From Dendrobates tinctorius (Eukaryota): a stretch of 64,000 nucleotides of DNA. Every line of letters begins with the position of its first letter. The first letter of the stretch is position 1. Shown in pieces: positions 23,601 to 34,399 of this stretch. Location of the stretch: NCBI RefSeq assembly GCF_039654945.1, contig NW_027362062.1, forward strand, positions 3,720,001 to 3,784,000, given 5' to 3'. A program made the translations under genes and the position numbers. The notes beneath the pieces were generated by a model. The model did not search any database, was not told the origin of the DNA, and saw only the letters and a list, made by a program, of their open reading frames with translations.

Positions 23601-26600
23601 CTGTGAAGCACTGGGGGGGTCAAAGTGCTCACCACACATCTAGATAAGTTCCTTGGGGGGTCTAGTTTACAAAATGGTGTCATTTGTGGGGGGTTTCCAC
23701 TGTTTAGGTACATTAGGGGCTCTCCAAAGGCAACATGACACCCGCAGACCATTCCATCAAAGTCTGCATTCCAAAACGTCACTACTTCCCTTCCGAGCCC
23801 CGACGTGTGCCCATACAGTAGTTTTCTCCCACATATGGGGTATCAGCATACTCAGGACAAATTGGACAACAACTTTTGGGGTCCAATTTCTCCTGGTACC
23901 CTTGGGAAAATAAAAAAATGGTGACTAAAAGATCATGTTTGTGGAAAAAATACGAATTTTTTATTTTCACGCCCGGGCGTTGTAAACTTCTGTGAAGCAC
24001 TGGGGGGGTCAAAGTGCTCACCACACATCTAGATAAGTTCCTTAGGGGGTCTAGTTTCCAAAATGGTGTCATTTGTGGGGGGTTCCACTGTTTTGGTACA
24101 TCAGGAGTTTTCCAAACGCGACATGGTGTCCGATCTCAATTCCAGCCAAAAACGTCAAATGGCGCTGCTTCCCTTCCGAGCTCTGCCATGCCCCCAAATA
24201 GTGGTTTACCCCCACATGTGGGGTATCAGCGTACTCAGGACAAATTGCACAATAACTTTTAGGGTCCTGTTACCCTTGGAAAAATAAGAATTGAGGGTGA
24301 AAAGATCATTTTTGTGGAAAAAATATGATTTTTTAATTGTATGGCTTTATGTTATAAACTTCTGTGAAGCCCATGGGGGTTCAAAGTTCTCACCACACAT
24401 CTAGATAAGTTCCTTAGGGTGTCTAGTTTCCAAAATGGTGTCATTTGTGGGGGGTTTCCACTGTTTTGGTACATCAGGGGTTTTCCAAACGCGACATGGT
24501 GTCCGATCTCAATTCCAGCCAAAAACGTCAAATGGCGCTGCTTCCCTTCCGAGCTCTGCCATGCGCCCAAATAGTGGTTTACCCCCACATGTGGGGTATC
24601 AGCGTACTCAGGACAAATTGCACAATAACTTTTAGGGTCCTGTTACCCTTGGAAAAATAAGAATTGAGGGTGAAAAGATCATTTTTGTTTAAAAAATATG
24701 ATTTTTTAATTGTATGGCTTTATGTTATAAACTTCTGTGAAGCCCATGGGGGTTCAAAGTTCTCACCACACATCTAGATAAGTTCCTTAGGGGGTCTAGT
24801 TTCCAAAATGGTGTCATTTGTGGGGGGTTTCCACTGTTTTGGTACATCAGGGGTTTTCCAAACGCGACATGGTGTCCGATCTCAATTCCAGCCAAAAACG
24901 TCAAATGGCGCTGCTTCCCTTCCGAGCTCTGCCATGCGCCCAAATAGTGGTTTACCCCCACATGTGGGGTATCAGCGTACTCAGGACAAATTGCACAATA
25001 ACTTTTAGGGTCCTGTTACCCTTGGGAAAATAAAAATTGGGGTGAAAAGATCATTTTTGTGGAAAAAATATGATTTTTTAATTGTACCGCTGTACGTTAT
25101 AAACTTCTGTAAAGCCCTTGTGGGTTCAAAGTTCTCACCACATATCTAGATAAGTTCCTTGGGGGGTCTAGTTTCCAAAATGGGGTCACTTGTAGGGGGT
25201 TTCCACTGTTTAGGTACATCAGGGACTCTCCAAACGTGACATGGCGTCCAATCTGAATTCCAGCCAATTTTGCATTGAAAAAGTCAAACGGCGCTCCTTC
25301 CATTCTGAGCTCTGCCATGCGCCGAAACAGTCGTTCCCCCCCACATATCAGGTATCTGCGTACTCAGGACAAATTGCACAATAACTTTTGCAGTTCAATT
25401 TCTCCTGTTACCCTTGGTAAAATAAAAAAAATTGAACCTGAAGTATTTTTTTTATGAAAAAAAGTTAGATGTTCATTTTTTTTTAAATATTTAAAAAAAA
25501 TCCTGTGACGCACCTAAAGGGTTAATAAACTTCTTGAATGTGGTTTTGAGCACCTTAAGGGGTGCAGTTTTTAGAATGGTGTCACTTTTGTGTATTTTCT
25601 ATCATATAGACCCCTCAAAGTGGCTTCAAATGTGATGTGGTCCTAAAAATAAAATGGTGTTGTAAAAATGAGAAATCGCTGGTCAACTTTTAACCCTTAT
25701 AACTTCCTAACAAAAAAAAATTTTGGTTCCAAAATTGTGCTGATGTAAAGTAAACATGTGGGAAATGTTAGTTATCAAGTTTTTTGTGTGCCTTATCTCT
25801 GTGATTTAAGGGCATAAAAATTCAAAGTTGGAAAATTGCGAAATTTTCAAAATTTTCGCCAAATTTCCGTTTTTCTCACAAATAAACGCAAGTTATTTGA
25901 ATGAAATTTTACCACTAACATGAAGTACAATATGTCACGAGAAAACAGTGTCAGAATCACCGGGATCCATGCAAGCGTTCGAGAGTTATGACCTCATAAA
26001 GGTACAGTGGTCAGAATTGTAAAAATTGGCCCGGTCATGAACGTGCAAACCACCCTTGGGGGTGAAGGGGTTAAAATTCATTGTGGTAATATCTAGAACC
26101 AAAATTAGAAAAATGCTGTCTCTGTCCAAATATATATGGACCTAACTGTATATTAAATGGGAGTATACTTGGGACTACAGTACAGGAGAAGGACTTGGGT
26201 ATTCTGGTTACCAATAAGCTGAGCAGCAATACTCAATGTCAGGCAGCAGCCGCAAAAGCAAACAAGATTTTAGGGTGTATAAAAAGAGATAAAAGTTTGT
26301 GGTCCCAACGTATTGTTACACCTCTATAAATCACTTGATAGGCCACATCTAGAATATGGGATAGAGTTTTGGACCCCACATTTTAAAAAAGATATTCAGA
26401 AGTTAGAGTTAGTTCAAAAGAGGCAACTATACTATTACAAGGGATGCAAGACCTCTCATATGATGAGAGGCTGGAAACGTCGGGCTTGTTTAGCTTAGAA
26501 AAAAAAACACCTCAGAGGAGATCTCATTTATATGTATAAATATGTGTGTGGTCAGTATAGAGGACTGGCACATGACTTATTCCTTCCAAGGATAGGGGGC

Positions 26601-28175
26601 ATTCATTACGGGTGGAAGTAAAGCGATTCCGGCAGCTAAATAGGAAAGGGTTCTTTACAGTTACACCAGTCAGACGGTGGAATGCCCTGCTGCAAGAGGT
26701 AGTAATGGCAGACACTATAACTTTTAAAAAAAGGGCTGGATGATTTCCTCAGTGCAAATAATATTGTGAGTTATAGATAACTTTGTGACAAAAAATGTGT
26801 AAATGATGGAGAAAGGTTGACTTAGGTCTTTTTCAACCTATGTTGCTATATACATATGGAGAGGTCTGTGATTTTTATTGTAGGTTCACTTCAACTGTGA
26901 GATACTGAATCTAAAAATAAAAAAAAGAAAATCACATTGTATGATTTCTAGATAATTAATTTGCATTTTATTGCATGAAATAAGTATTTGATCTTTTTTT
27001 TTCCCTACATCTTTCAGTTCCAGAAATATGGACTTCTCTTCCGAATAAGTAAATCTAGTCTAGTTAGCCAAGTGGGAGTGATTATCCACGCTTCTCTGTG
27101 GGCTTATTCATGAGTAACCCACCCACGACTAAAAAAGACTAGATTTATACACAGGGAAAATCAGGTACAGGAAATTAAAAAAAAAATCCAGCTTTAGGAA
27201 AACAGTGGCATTTAGACCAGGTAAAAAAGAAATCACATATTTATGGGAAGCAAAAGGCCCTCTTTAAATAAAAAGGTCTTTCAAACCTGGCAAGAAAGTT
27301 TTACATTGTTAATAAAGTATCCCATAAATAAAACATAACTTATGGCACTGCTATGGGAACGACATACGCCCCAAATTATATTAATTTATGATTAAAATAG
27401 AGTGAGGAATTCCCTTGGAAATACACAAAAAAAGAAATCATTTGGTATTTTAAAATTACAATTGATTGTAGAGTAAACATTTTATTTTAAAACCCATAGA
27501 TATTAAATATTTGCGTCTTCAACAAAGCTGACCTCCACCATCTCAGTAAGTTACTGTATCCTAACACTAATATTTTAAGAGGGGGCACCACTGTATTTAA
27601 CGATTCAGGAGCTATGTATACAATTGTTTCTCCCCATACTGGTTAAAGATTTGATGCCGTACATCTCCAATTTCAGGATGTTTATTTTTAGTCCATATAA
27701 AAAGGTGATTAAATGAAAAATGAGCTTTTACAGGTTTGTCCACTGAATGCTGCTGTGCTTACATGGAACAATGATTGGAAAAAAAATGTTCCTATTAATG
27801 TTTGCTTGAGTGATTATCGTATAAAAAGGCTTTGGTTTTATTTTTTTGGTGTTCTGCTTAGATCCCTTTGCCAGTAAAGGTCAGCACCATTCACTTTAAT
27901 TAATATCTCTTATAGTGGTCTGAAGCTGCTTTTACACTGCAAATGTAAGGTTAACTTTTCCCTTTTGGTCATTTTAGGTGACTGTCTCATGTGACGATGG
28001 CTGGACTCTGACTGGTTGTAACGCGTATTCCCGTGGATCAAACACTTTAGGAGCTTATCCAGTTGATAATACTTGCGTTGTCTTAAATCCAAAAGGTGGT
28101 AAAGGAGCAGCAGCCATCGGTATCTGCTGCAAGAATGCGAATACAGAAAACAGTCAAAATTCTAACTATAGGTAG
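8517..28175 (+). CDS. PCSK9: Proprotein convertase subtilisin/kexin type 9, complete gene: join(8517-8696,10779-10970,11374-11497,14148-14281,14449-14590,15192-15388,16827-17010,18649-18819,19241-19389,19708-19885,19972-20153,27978-28175), about 676 aa
   Basis: Signal peptide, I9 prodomain, [16 protein letters not shown] cleavage site, triad motifs YLLD / SHGTH / [14 protein letters not shown] oxyanion motif, Cys/His-rich C-terminus. Phases join into an open frame and internal exon lengths match the human gene as recalled. Confidence 0.97.
9500..9900 (+). repeat. 35-bp minisatellite (TCTCCATCACACAGACCCTGCTCTCGGGGACTTYG) in PCSK9 intron 1
   Basis: Period 35 (9681, 9716, 9751). Confidence 0.9.
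10779..10970 (+). CDS. PCSK9: PCSK9 coding exon 2 (prodomain [15 protein letters not shown]...LLEM)
   Basis: AG/GT bounded, 192 nt. Confidence 0.95.
11374..11497 (+). CDS. PCSK9: PCSK9 coding exon 3 (autocleavage site)
   Basis: [28 protein letters not shown]; 124 nt. Confidence 0.95.
12339..13522. mobile_element. hAT-type MITE interrupted by a CR1 insertion
   Basis: TIR TAGTGATGAGC / GCTCATCACTA; TSD GTGGTGAG (12331-12338) vs GTGGTGAC (13523-13530). Confidence 0.75.
12548..13434 (+). mobile_element. 5'-truncated CR1 LINE (young; ORF2 C-terminus open at 12668-13291)
   Basis: [42 protein letters not shown]; CR1 3' end CCTTCCAACTCTACGATTCTATGA. Confidence 0.92.
14148..14281 (+). CDS. PCSK9: PCSK9 coding exon 4 (catalytic Asp, YLLDTS; RFYRQ)
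   Basis: 134 nt, AG/GT. Confidence 0.95.
14449..14590 (+). CDS. PCSK9: PCSK9 coding exon 5 (catalytic His, [13 protein letters not shown])
   Basis: 142 nt, AG/GT; translated by hand, not in the ORF track. Confidence 0.95.
15192..15388 (+). CDS. PCSK9: PCSK9 coding exon 6 ([20 protein letters not shown])
   Basis: 197 nt, AG/GT. Confidence 0.95.
15436..16148 (-). mobile_element. Solo LTR, 713 bp, in PCSK9 intron 6
   Basis: TGTGG...CCACA termini; perfect 4-bp TSD ATGC (15432-15435, 16149-16152); TATA-like GATAAATAGG on the - strand. Confidence 0.8.
16365..16595 (+). repeat. 30-32 bp minisatellite (TAGAATGTCTGTGTCTGCCTCTAGCTCCTCCC), about 7 copies
   Basis: Tandem copies visible. Confidence 0.9.
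16827..17010 (+). CDS. PCSK9: PCSK9 coding exon 7 (catalytic Ser, [27 protein letters not shown])
   Basis: 184 nt, AG/GT. Confidence 0.96.
17422..18531 (-). mobile_element. Solo LTR, about 1.1 kb, in PCSK9 intron 7, with an internal ~137-bp tandem duplication (about 18176-18449)
   Basis: TGTATGG...CCTTACA termini; TSD CATT (17418-17421, 18532-18535); TATAAATA on the - strand near 17770. Confidence 0.72.
18649..18819 (+). CDS. PCSK9: PCSK9 coding exon 8 (IAAMILN...TPNRVAGLP); 3' end at GC donor 18820 or alternative GT donor 18829
   Basis: Clear homology; donor ambiguous, both options are phase 1. Confidence 0.88.
19241..19389 (+). CDS. PCSK9: PCSK9 coding exon 9 (QLFCRTVWS...[14 protein letters not shown])
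   Basis: 149 nt, AG/GT. Confidence 0.95.
19708..19885 (+). CDS. PCSK9: PCSK9 coding exon 10 ([19 protein letters not shown])
   Basis: 178 nt, AG/GT. Confidence 0.95.
19972..20153 (+). CDS. PCSK9: PCSK9 coding exon 11 (GCSSH...[17 protein letters not shown])
   Basis: 182 nt, AG/GT; translated by hand. Confidence 0.93.
21941..22095 (+). repeat. Telomere-like (TTAGGG/CTAGGG)n tract
   Basis: About 25 mixed TTAGGG/CTAGGG hexamers. Confidence 0.92.
22120..25430 (+). repeat. Tandem array of about 8-9 units of 373-390 bp
   Basis: Near-identical short ORFs recur at 22874/23264/23653 (period about 390) and 24063/24435/24808 (period about 373). Confidence 0.92.
26149..26850 (+). mobile_element. Degenerate CR1 ORF2 3' fragment (its 5' piece at about 20178-20213)
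   Basis: [36 protein letters not shown] motifs. Confidence 0.82.
27978..28175 (+). CDS. PCSK9: PCSK9 coding exon 12 ([14 protein letters not shown]...AIGICC, stop TAG)
   Basis: AG acceptor at 27976-27977; homology to the last CHRD module. Confidence 0.95.
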   Translation: MTVSCDDGWTLTGCNAYSRGSNTLGAYPVDNTCVVLNPKGGKGAAAIGICCKNANTENSQNSNYR

Positions 28176-29345
28176 TCATTTCACGTCCAGTGTGCAGACA
28201 GCTACATATGTACCACATCATATTTTTTTTTTTTTATATACTGACACTATGTACATTTTAGAGTCCAATTTGTTACAACAGTCTGAAATCTGAGGCTCTC
28301 TCGAGAATTGTAGATTTTCGAATAGCCACTAACTTATGGCTTGCGATACACTTGTTTATTTTATGCAATTTTTATCCATTTATATAAGTAGTGAACATTT
28401 GTATTTCCGATGCTTGAGAACTTTGCCGAAAGCAATTGTAAAAGACTAGGTTTGGAAATGAATGGCAGCGGCTATAGTACACTTTTTCTTGGCACCAGTT
28501 TTTAATTTTCGAGATGTTTCCCAATGGACAGAAGAGTACATAGACGTCACTCCCCTAGATGGACAGATCTCTGACATATACACACATAAGGAAAGGGCAG
28601 AGAGAAGCCATCAGGACCTGCCTTGGACTAGTCATTCAAAATGCTTCATCTCCGGCCAGAGTATATTTTTCTCTGAAATGCCTCATGTTGCGTAAACAAA
28701 CTAGTAGTATATACAAAGTCAAACAATAACGTCGCAGAATGAACTATTACATGAACACCATAGGAAAGCACTGTACATACGTCCGCTCTATGGTGTCACA
28801 ATAGTGCAAAATTTTCCTTTAAAGATCAAGTCTCACCATTAGGACCTTTAAAATAACACAAGAGGATTCTTGTTGAACTCATGAACCCTGTGTTTTCCTA
28901 GGCTGGATAGGTGATAACTTGCTGATTGTTGGGATCTAGATTGCTGGTAACCCCACCAAGCCTGGGAATGGGGCTCTGAAATGCTCCATTTATCATTTAT
29001 GGGACTGATGGAGATCGAGCTCTGTCCTCTGCCGCCTCCAACAGCCGCACAGAGAATATACAGAGAGATGGAGCGGCATTTCTTTCCATGTGACAGCGAT
29101 CCGCAAGTTATCACTTATCCTTGCCAAGACTGGGACAAACCGTTTAAGCACAGGGTGAGGGACGGCACTTATATGGAAATGTATTTTTATATAGAAGGTG
29201 CATAAAAAGTGATGACTCCAATTACCTGCTTGCACGGTCTACATAAGCATGCATTTCATTAAGTCTTTTTTTTTGTAGCATCTAATGTCTTTTTTTGTAT
29301 GTTTCATATTTATTTGCAGCAAATATGTACAAACTTTTGATTTTC

Positions 29346-29365
29346 AATTAAAAAAAAAATAAAAA
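29346..29365 (+). terminator. PCSK9: Candidate PCSK9 polyadenylation signals (ATTAAA/AATAAA)
   Basis: Hexamers about 1.2 kb after the stop, following a U-rich stretch; lie in an A-rich tract so uncertain. Confidence 0.45.
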
Positions 29366-29762
29366 AAACAACCCGTGTGGATGGATTACACATCATATAT
29401 CAGATGAGAAGCCTGAAAACTCTTCACACACAATCGGTATAATGAAAAGGAGATTTTTGTGTACTCACCGTAAAATATCTTTCTCTTAGCCTCTGATTGG
29501 GGGACACAGAACCATGGGTGTTATGCTGCTGTCCACTAGGAGGCGACACTATGCATAATCTGAAAAAGATTAACTATGGCTCCTCCTCTGCAGTATACAC
29601 CCCTGGTCGGCGTCAGCCTTCTCCAGTTTTGTGCAAAAGCATTAGGAGGAACATAACGGGAACAACATAACCATGCCTGTAAGAAGGCCACTATGTACGA
29701 GCTCAAAGAACAATATGAGAACTCAACCGTAACAACGGCCCGTAAGGGCAACAGGGTGGGAG

Positions 29763-29862
29763 CTGTGTCCCCCAATTAAAGGCTAAGAGAAAGAGATTTT
29801 ACGGTGGGTACACAAAAATCTCCTTTACTCTGTCAGCTCATTGGGGGACACAGAACCATGGG
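29763..29862 (-). other. DIRS internal complementary region (ICR)
   Basis: ...AAAATCTCC-TTT-ACTCTGTC... reproduces the joined 3' and 5' termini of the element. Confidence 0.9.
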
Positions 29863-29920
29863 ACATCCCAAAGCAGTCCCTGGGTGGGAGGCAATGGACG
29901 AATATTGTGCTAGCAGGTCC

Positions 29921-30960
29921 CTAAACTTGGGGCACTGCCGCCTGCAGAACCCGTCTACCCAGGCTCGCATCCGCTGAGGACTGGGTATGAACACTGTAGT
30001 GTTTCGTAAACGTGTGTAGGCTAGTCCAAGTGGCCGCCTTACACACTTGTTGTGCCGAAGCCTGGTGCCGAATGGCCCAGGAGGCCCCTACTGCCCGCGT
30101 AGAGTGTGCCGTGATACCGTCCGGAAGAGGAGAATTGTTCAGTCGGTAAGCCTCTTGTATGGTGGACTTGATCCACCTGGCAAGGGTAGCTTTGGAAGCC
30201 GGCAGACCCTTGCGAACGCCTTCCGGAAGAAGGAAAAGGGAATCAGACTTCCGGAATGGTGCAGTCCTAGACACGTATATACGCAATGCTCTGACGAGGT
30301 CAAGTGTATGCAGAGCCTTCTCCACTCTATGAACCGGAACTGGACAAAGGGATGGCAGTGAAATTTCCTCATTGAGGTGGAAGTCGGACACAACCTTCGG
30401 AAGGAAGGATGGTACTGTGCGGAGAACCACCTTGTCCTGGTGGAAGGCTAGGAAAGGCCGTCTGCAGGAGAGTGCTGACAATTCAGACACCCTGCGTAGC
30501 GAGGTGATTGCCACCAGAAAAACCACCTTCTGCGACAGAATGCGGAGCGGGACTTCCTTAAGGGGTTCGAAAGGTAGTGCCTGCAATGCAGTCAGGACCA
30601 GGTTGAGGTCCCACGTTTCCAGTGGACGTCTGTAGGGAGGAACTAATCGGGAAACTCCCTGGAGAAAGGTCCTTACTTGTGGCTTGTTAGCAATGCGCCT
30701 TTGGAAAAGCACTGAAAGCGCTGACACCTGGCTTTAAGTGTGCCTAGGGATAGCCTGACGTCCAGGCCCGATTGAAGAAAACCGAGTACCTTCGGGAGGG
30801 AATACGGGAGTGGGACCTGTCCGCGAGATTCGGACCAGGTAAAGAAAGCTCTCCAGGTACGGTAATAAATCTTGGCGGAGGCTGGCTTCCTTGCCCTGAT
30901 CATGGTCGTAATGACATCTGGTGAGAGCCCTGCCTGGGTTAGAACCCAGGTTTCAAGGGC
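29921..30960 (-). pseudogene. DIRS tyrosine recombinase (frameshift near 30730)
   Basis: TSLRRVSEL, HSTR, HY catalytic motifs in ORF 29921-30727; N-terminal part in the frame of 30673-32136. Confidence 0.88.
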
Positions 30961-32851
30961 CACGCTGTCAAATTGAGAGCCCCTGAGTTCTGATGGTAGA
31001 ACGGACCTTGTGACAGAAGGTCGTGACGGTCGGGGAGACGCCAGGGGGCGTCTGCTGTAAGTTGTACTATGTCGGCGTACCATGTACGTCTGGGCCAGTC
31101 CGGCGCAATCAGGATGGTTGGAACTCCCTCTTGTTTGATCTTCCTCATGACCCTGGAGATCAGGGGGAGGGGTGGAAAAATGTACAGAAGCTGGAACTGG
31201 GTCCAGTCCTGAACCAGGGCATCCGCTCCGAGCTACCGCGGATCGCGTGTCCTGGCCATGAAATTGGAGATCTTGGCATTGAAATGGGATGCCATTAGGT
31301 CCACGTCCGGGGTCCCCCAACGATGGCAGATCTGGTGAAAAATTTCGGGGTGGAGAGACCACTCCCCTGAGTCCATTCCTTGTCTGCTGAGGAAGTCGGC
31401 TTCCCAGTTGTCCACACCCGTAATGTGGACTGCAGAGAGTACCGACCTCGTATCTTCCGCCCAGTGGAGGATATGTGCCACTTCTCTCATCGCCTGGGCA
31501 CTGCGGGTCCCGCCTTGGCGATTCACATATGCCACCGCCGTGGCGTTGTCCGACTATATACGTATGTGAGAGGCTGCCAACAAGTGATGAAAAGCTCTCA
31601 GTGCCAGGAAGATGGCCCGAATTTCCAGGATATTGATGGGCAAGGTCGCTTCCACTGGTGACCACTTGCCTTGTGCCCTGTGATGTAGGTGCACCGCACC
31701 CCAACCTGTCAGGTTTGCGTCGGTGGTCAAGACCTTCCATTGACCTGAGAGAAAGGAATTTTCCTCTCTCAAGCGGAATTGGCTTGAGCCACCAGTGTAG
31801 GGACCTCCTGGTTGACGATAACAACCGGAACTCCCTGTCGAGGGAGAAGGGATTCCTGTCCCAAGACTTGAGAATGGCTAGTTGAAGAGGCCTGAGGTGA
31901 AACTGGGCAAATGGTACCGCCTCCATTGCTGCTGCCATCCTGCTGAGGACTCTCATGGCAAACCGGAGAGATCGTGGAGGATTGCGGAGGAGTATGCAAA
32001 CTCCCAGACGGAGAGCCAGTGCCTTGTCCCTGGGAAGGAGCACCAGACCCCTGGAGGTGTCGAATAGCATCCCCAGGAAGGTCAGGGACTGACTCGGGGT
32101 AGTCGATGACTTTTGTAAGCTGACTAACCAGCCCAAGCGACTCAGTGTCGATTGTGACTGAGACGCTGACCTCGCAGTCCTTGAAGGTGGAAGCCTTGAT
32201 GAGAAGGTCGTCCAGGTATGGAACGACTACAATGCCTCTGGAGTGTAGAACGTCCATGGTGGCTGCCATGATCTTGGTAAACGTTCTGGGAGCCGTGGCG
32301 AGTCCGAACGGGAGCGCCACGAACTGATAGTGGTCCTGGTTGATTGCGAACCTGAGAAATCTTTGATGGGCGGGAGCAATTGGTATATGCAGGTATGCGT
32401 CTTGTATGTCTATGGAGGCGAGATATTCTCCCTGCTCCATGGACGCAATGATGGACCGAAGGGACTCCATGCGAAAATGCCGGACCCGTACGTATTTGTT
32501 GAGCTGTTTTAGGTCTAGTATGGGCCGGACGCTGCCTCCTTTCTTGGGGACTACGAATAGATTGGAGTAGAACCCTCGGAAGCGTTCGGTCACAGGAACC
32601 GGTACAACGACTCCTGCTTGAATGAGAGAGGAGACCGCTTGGTGGAAGGCACGAGCCTTGTCTGGCGGTTTTGGTGGGACAGAAAGGAAGAACCTGTTCG
32701 GTGGACTGGAAGTGAACTCTATCTTGTATCCGGAAGACACTATTTCCCTGACCCACCTGTCTTCTGAAATAGGCAGCCAGACTTGCTGAAAGAGAAGTCG
32801 CCCGCCTACCGGTGGGGTGTCTTCCGGAGTTCGTGAGTCATGATGAAGCAA
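30939..32851 (-). pseudogene. DIRS pol: reverse transcriptase, RNase H and DNA N6-methyltransferase-like domain, with frameshifts and stops
   Basis: RPILDL, DIQDAY, LPFGL, YLDD; TTDA, INILE, DN RNase H motifs; DVDLMAS, FPP, APDWPRRTW MT motifs; breaks near 32140, 31770, 31554, 31233. Confidence 0.9.
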
Positions 32852-34399
32852 AATTTTGAGGTTTTCCTCCCTTGGGCTTGGCTTGGCCTGCTTTCGACTG
32901 CCAGGTCCTGTCCGGCCTCTGCGCCGCCTGTGGGTTGTCCCTGCGTGGGGAGCGGTTACGATTTTGTGCTGGGCGCGAGACAGACCAGCCCGAAGAATTC
33001 CGAAAGGATCGGAATCGTGTTTGGTTACGCCGTTTAAACGTGCGTTTAGGTTTTAGTTGAGGGAGAGAGGTACTCTTACCCCCAGTGGCGTTGGATATTA
33101 TTGTGTCCAACTTTTCACCAAAAAGCCGTCCACTAAGGTACGGGAGATGCGTGAGGGACGTCTTTGAGGCCGCATCCGCTTTCCATTCCCGCAGCCAGAG
33201 GATACGTCGAATTGTGATGGCGTTAGCTGCTATCCCCGCTACACCTCTTGCGGAGTCCAGGGCTGCATGAAGCATGTAATCTGCTACCACTGCTATTTGA
33301 ACCGCTTGGTCCGAGAGCCCGGGATTTGAAACTTGGAGACCCTCTAGCAGTGTTTTGGCACAAGCTAGAATAGCCTTTGCCACCCAAACTGAAGCGAACG
33401 CGGGGGCCAGGGAGGCTCCTGCCGCTTCGAAAACTGAACGTTCCACCTGCCGGTCAGGTGTGTCCCTGAGGGTTGAGCTGTCTGGCAGTGAAAGTAGGGT
33501 CTGTGCTGCTAGTCTAGAGACTGGCGGGTCCACTTCGGGTGGATCTGTCCACTGCTTGGTGTCCTTTTGTGGAAAGGGGTACCTAGCCTCCAAATATTTG
33601 CGATTGGTAAATTTCTTCTCAGGCTGCGAAAACTGCTTAGTAAGGATCATCTGAAATTCCGGGTGGTTACAGAAAACCTTAGGTAGTTTCAGGACACCTT
33701 CAAAGCAAATTTTGTGTTCTGGGGCTTCCGGGGTTGGATCAGAAATGTCCAGCACCCGATGGATAGAAGAAATTATGTCTCCAACTAGCGCTGTATTGCT
33801 AGGGGGACAAGGGACTAGGGACCTCTCTATCTCGTCTGATTCAGAGTCACAGATGCCTTCCGAATCCTGGGTATCGCTGAGGCATTCCCTGGTGGGTGAG
33901 CTGGGGCGGAGGTCCTCTGTAGGCGGGGTTTGCTGCAGAGATCTGCGTTGTCCGTCTCTGGTAAGGGACGGTCTAGGAGACCTGGAGCTACGGTGTCTCT
34001 CCCTGGAGGGGGATGACCCTGTGCTATGGGATGCCGCAGAGGAACGGGACGTGTGGGCTCGCTTACGTCTGGGAGAGTCAGAAACGGCCCGTCCCTGAGT
34101 GGAGCTGTCCCTTTGCTGGGTAACGGACATAGCCGAGACGTGACCCTGCAGAGCCTGGAGTAACGTGGAGGTTAGGTTATCTATGGACTGTGTCATAGAC
34201 TGCGACATCTGGGTAGCCCATTCCGGTGTGGTAGCAGTCACTGAAGCATTGGTAGGAGCCTCTTGGGTTCTGACCCAGTATTCTGGATACAGTCCCGACA
34301 GTGGGGGTACGTGAAGCCACTGCGGAGAGTGGTCTTGCAGGCTGTGCAGAATGCATAAAAGCAGTCCTGCCTGGTTCTCTTGTACCTTGAGCCTGGCAT
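32838..34399 (-). pseudogene. DIRS gag-like ORF1 (N-terminal CxxC...CxxC; disrupted near 34250-34290)
   Basis: 467-aa open frame with PPEVDPPV, RRILWL, GRLFG; probable ATG at 34399 (MPGSRYK...FCTAC...HCRDC). Confidence 0.8.

Larger units (their letters stand above)
20470..26070. mobile_element. 5.6 kb non-autonomous piggyBac-like (TTAA) element carrying telomere-like and tandem repeats
   Basis: TTAA|CCCCTTC ... GAAGGGG|TTAA (TSDs 20466-20469, 26071-26074); no transposase ORF. Confidence 0.8.
20214..26148. mobile_element. Internally deleted Tc1/mariner remnant, split by the TTAA element
   Basis: TA|CAGTTAG ... GGACCTAACTG|TA; Tc1-like terminal sequence is continuous across the TTAA insertion. 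Confidence 0.7.

Noticed and set aside
30673-32136. 487-aa ORF as one intact protein
   Set aside because: Frameshift fusion of pol sequence with the overlapping YR frame
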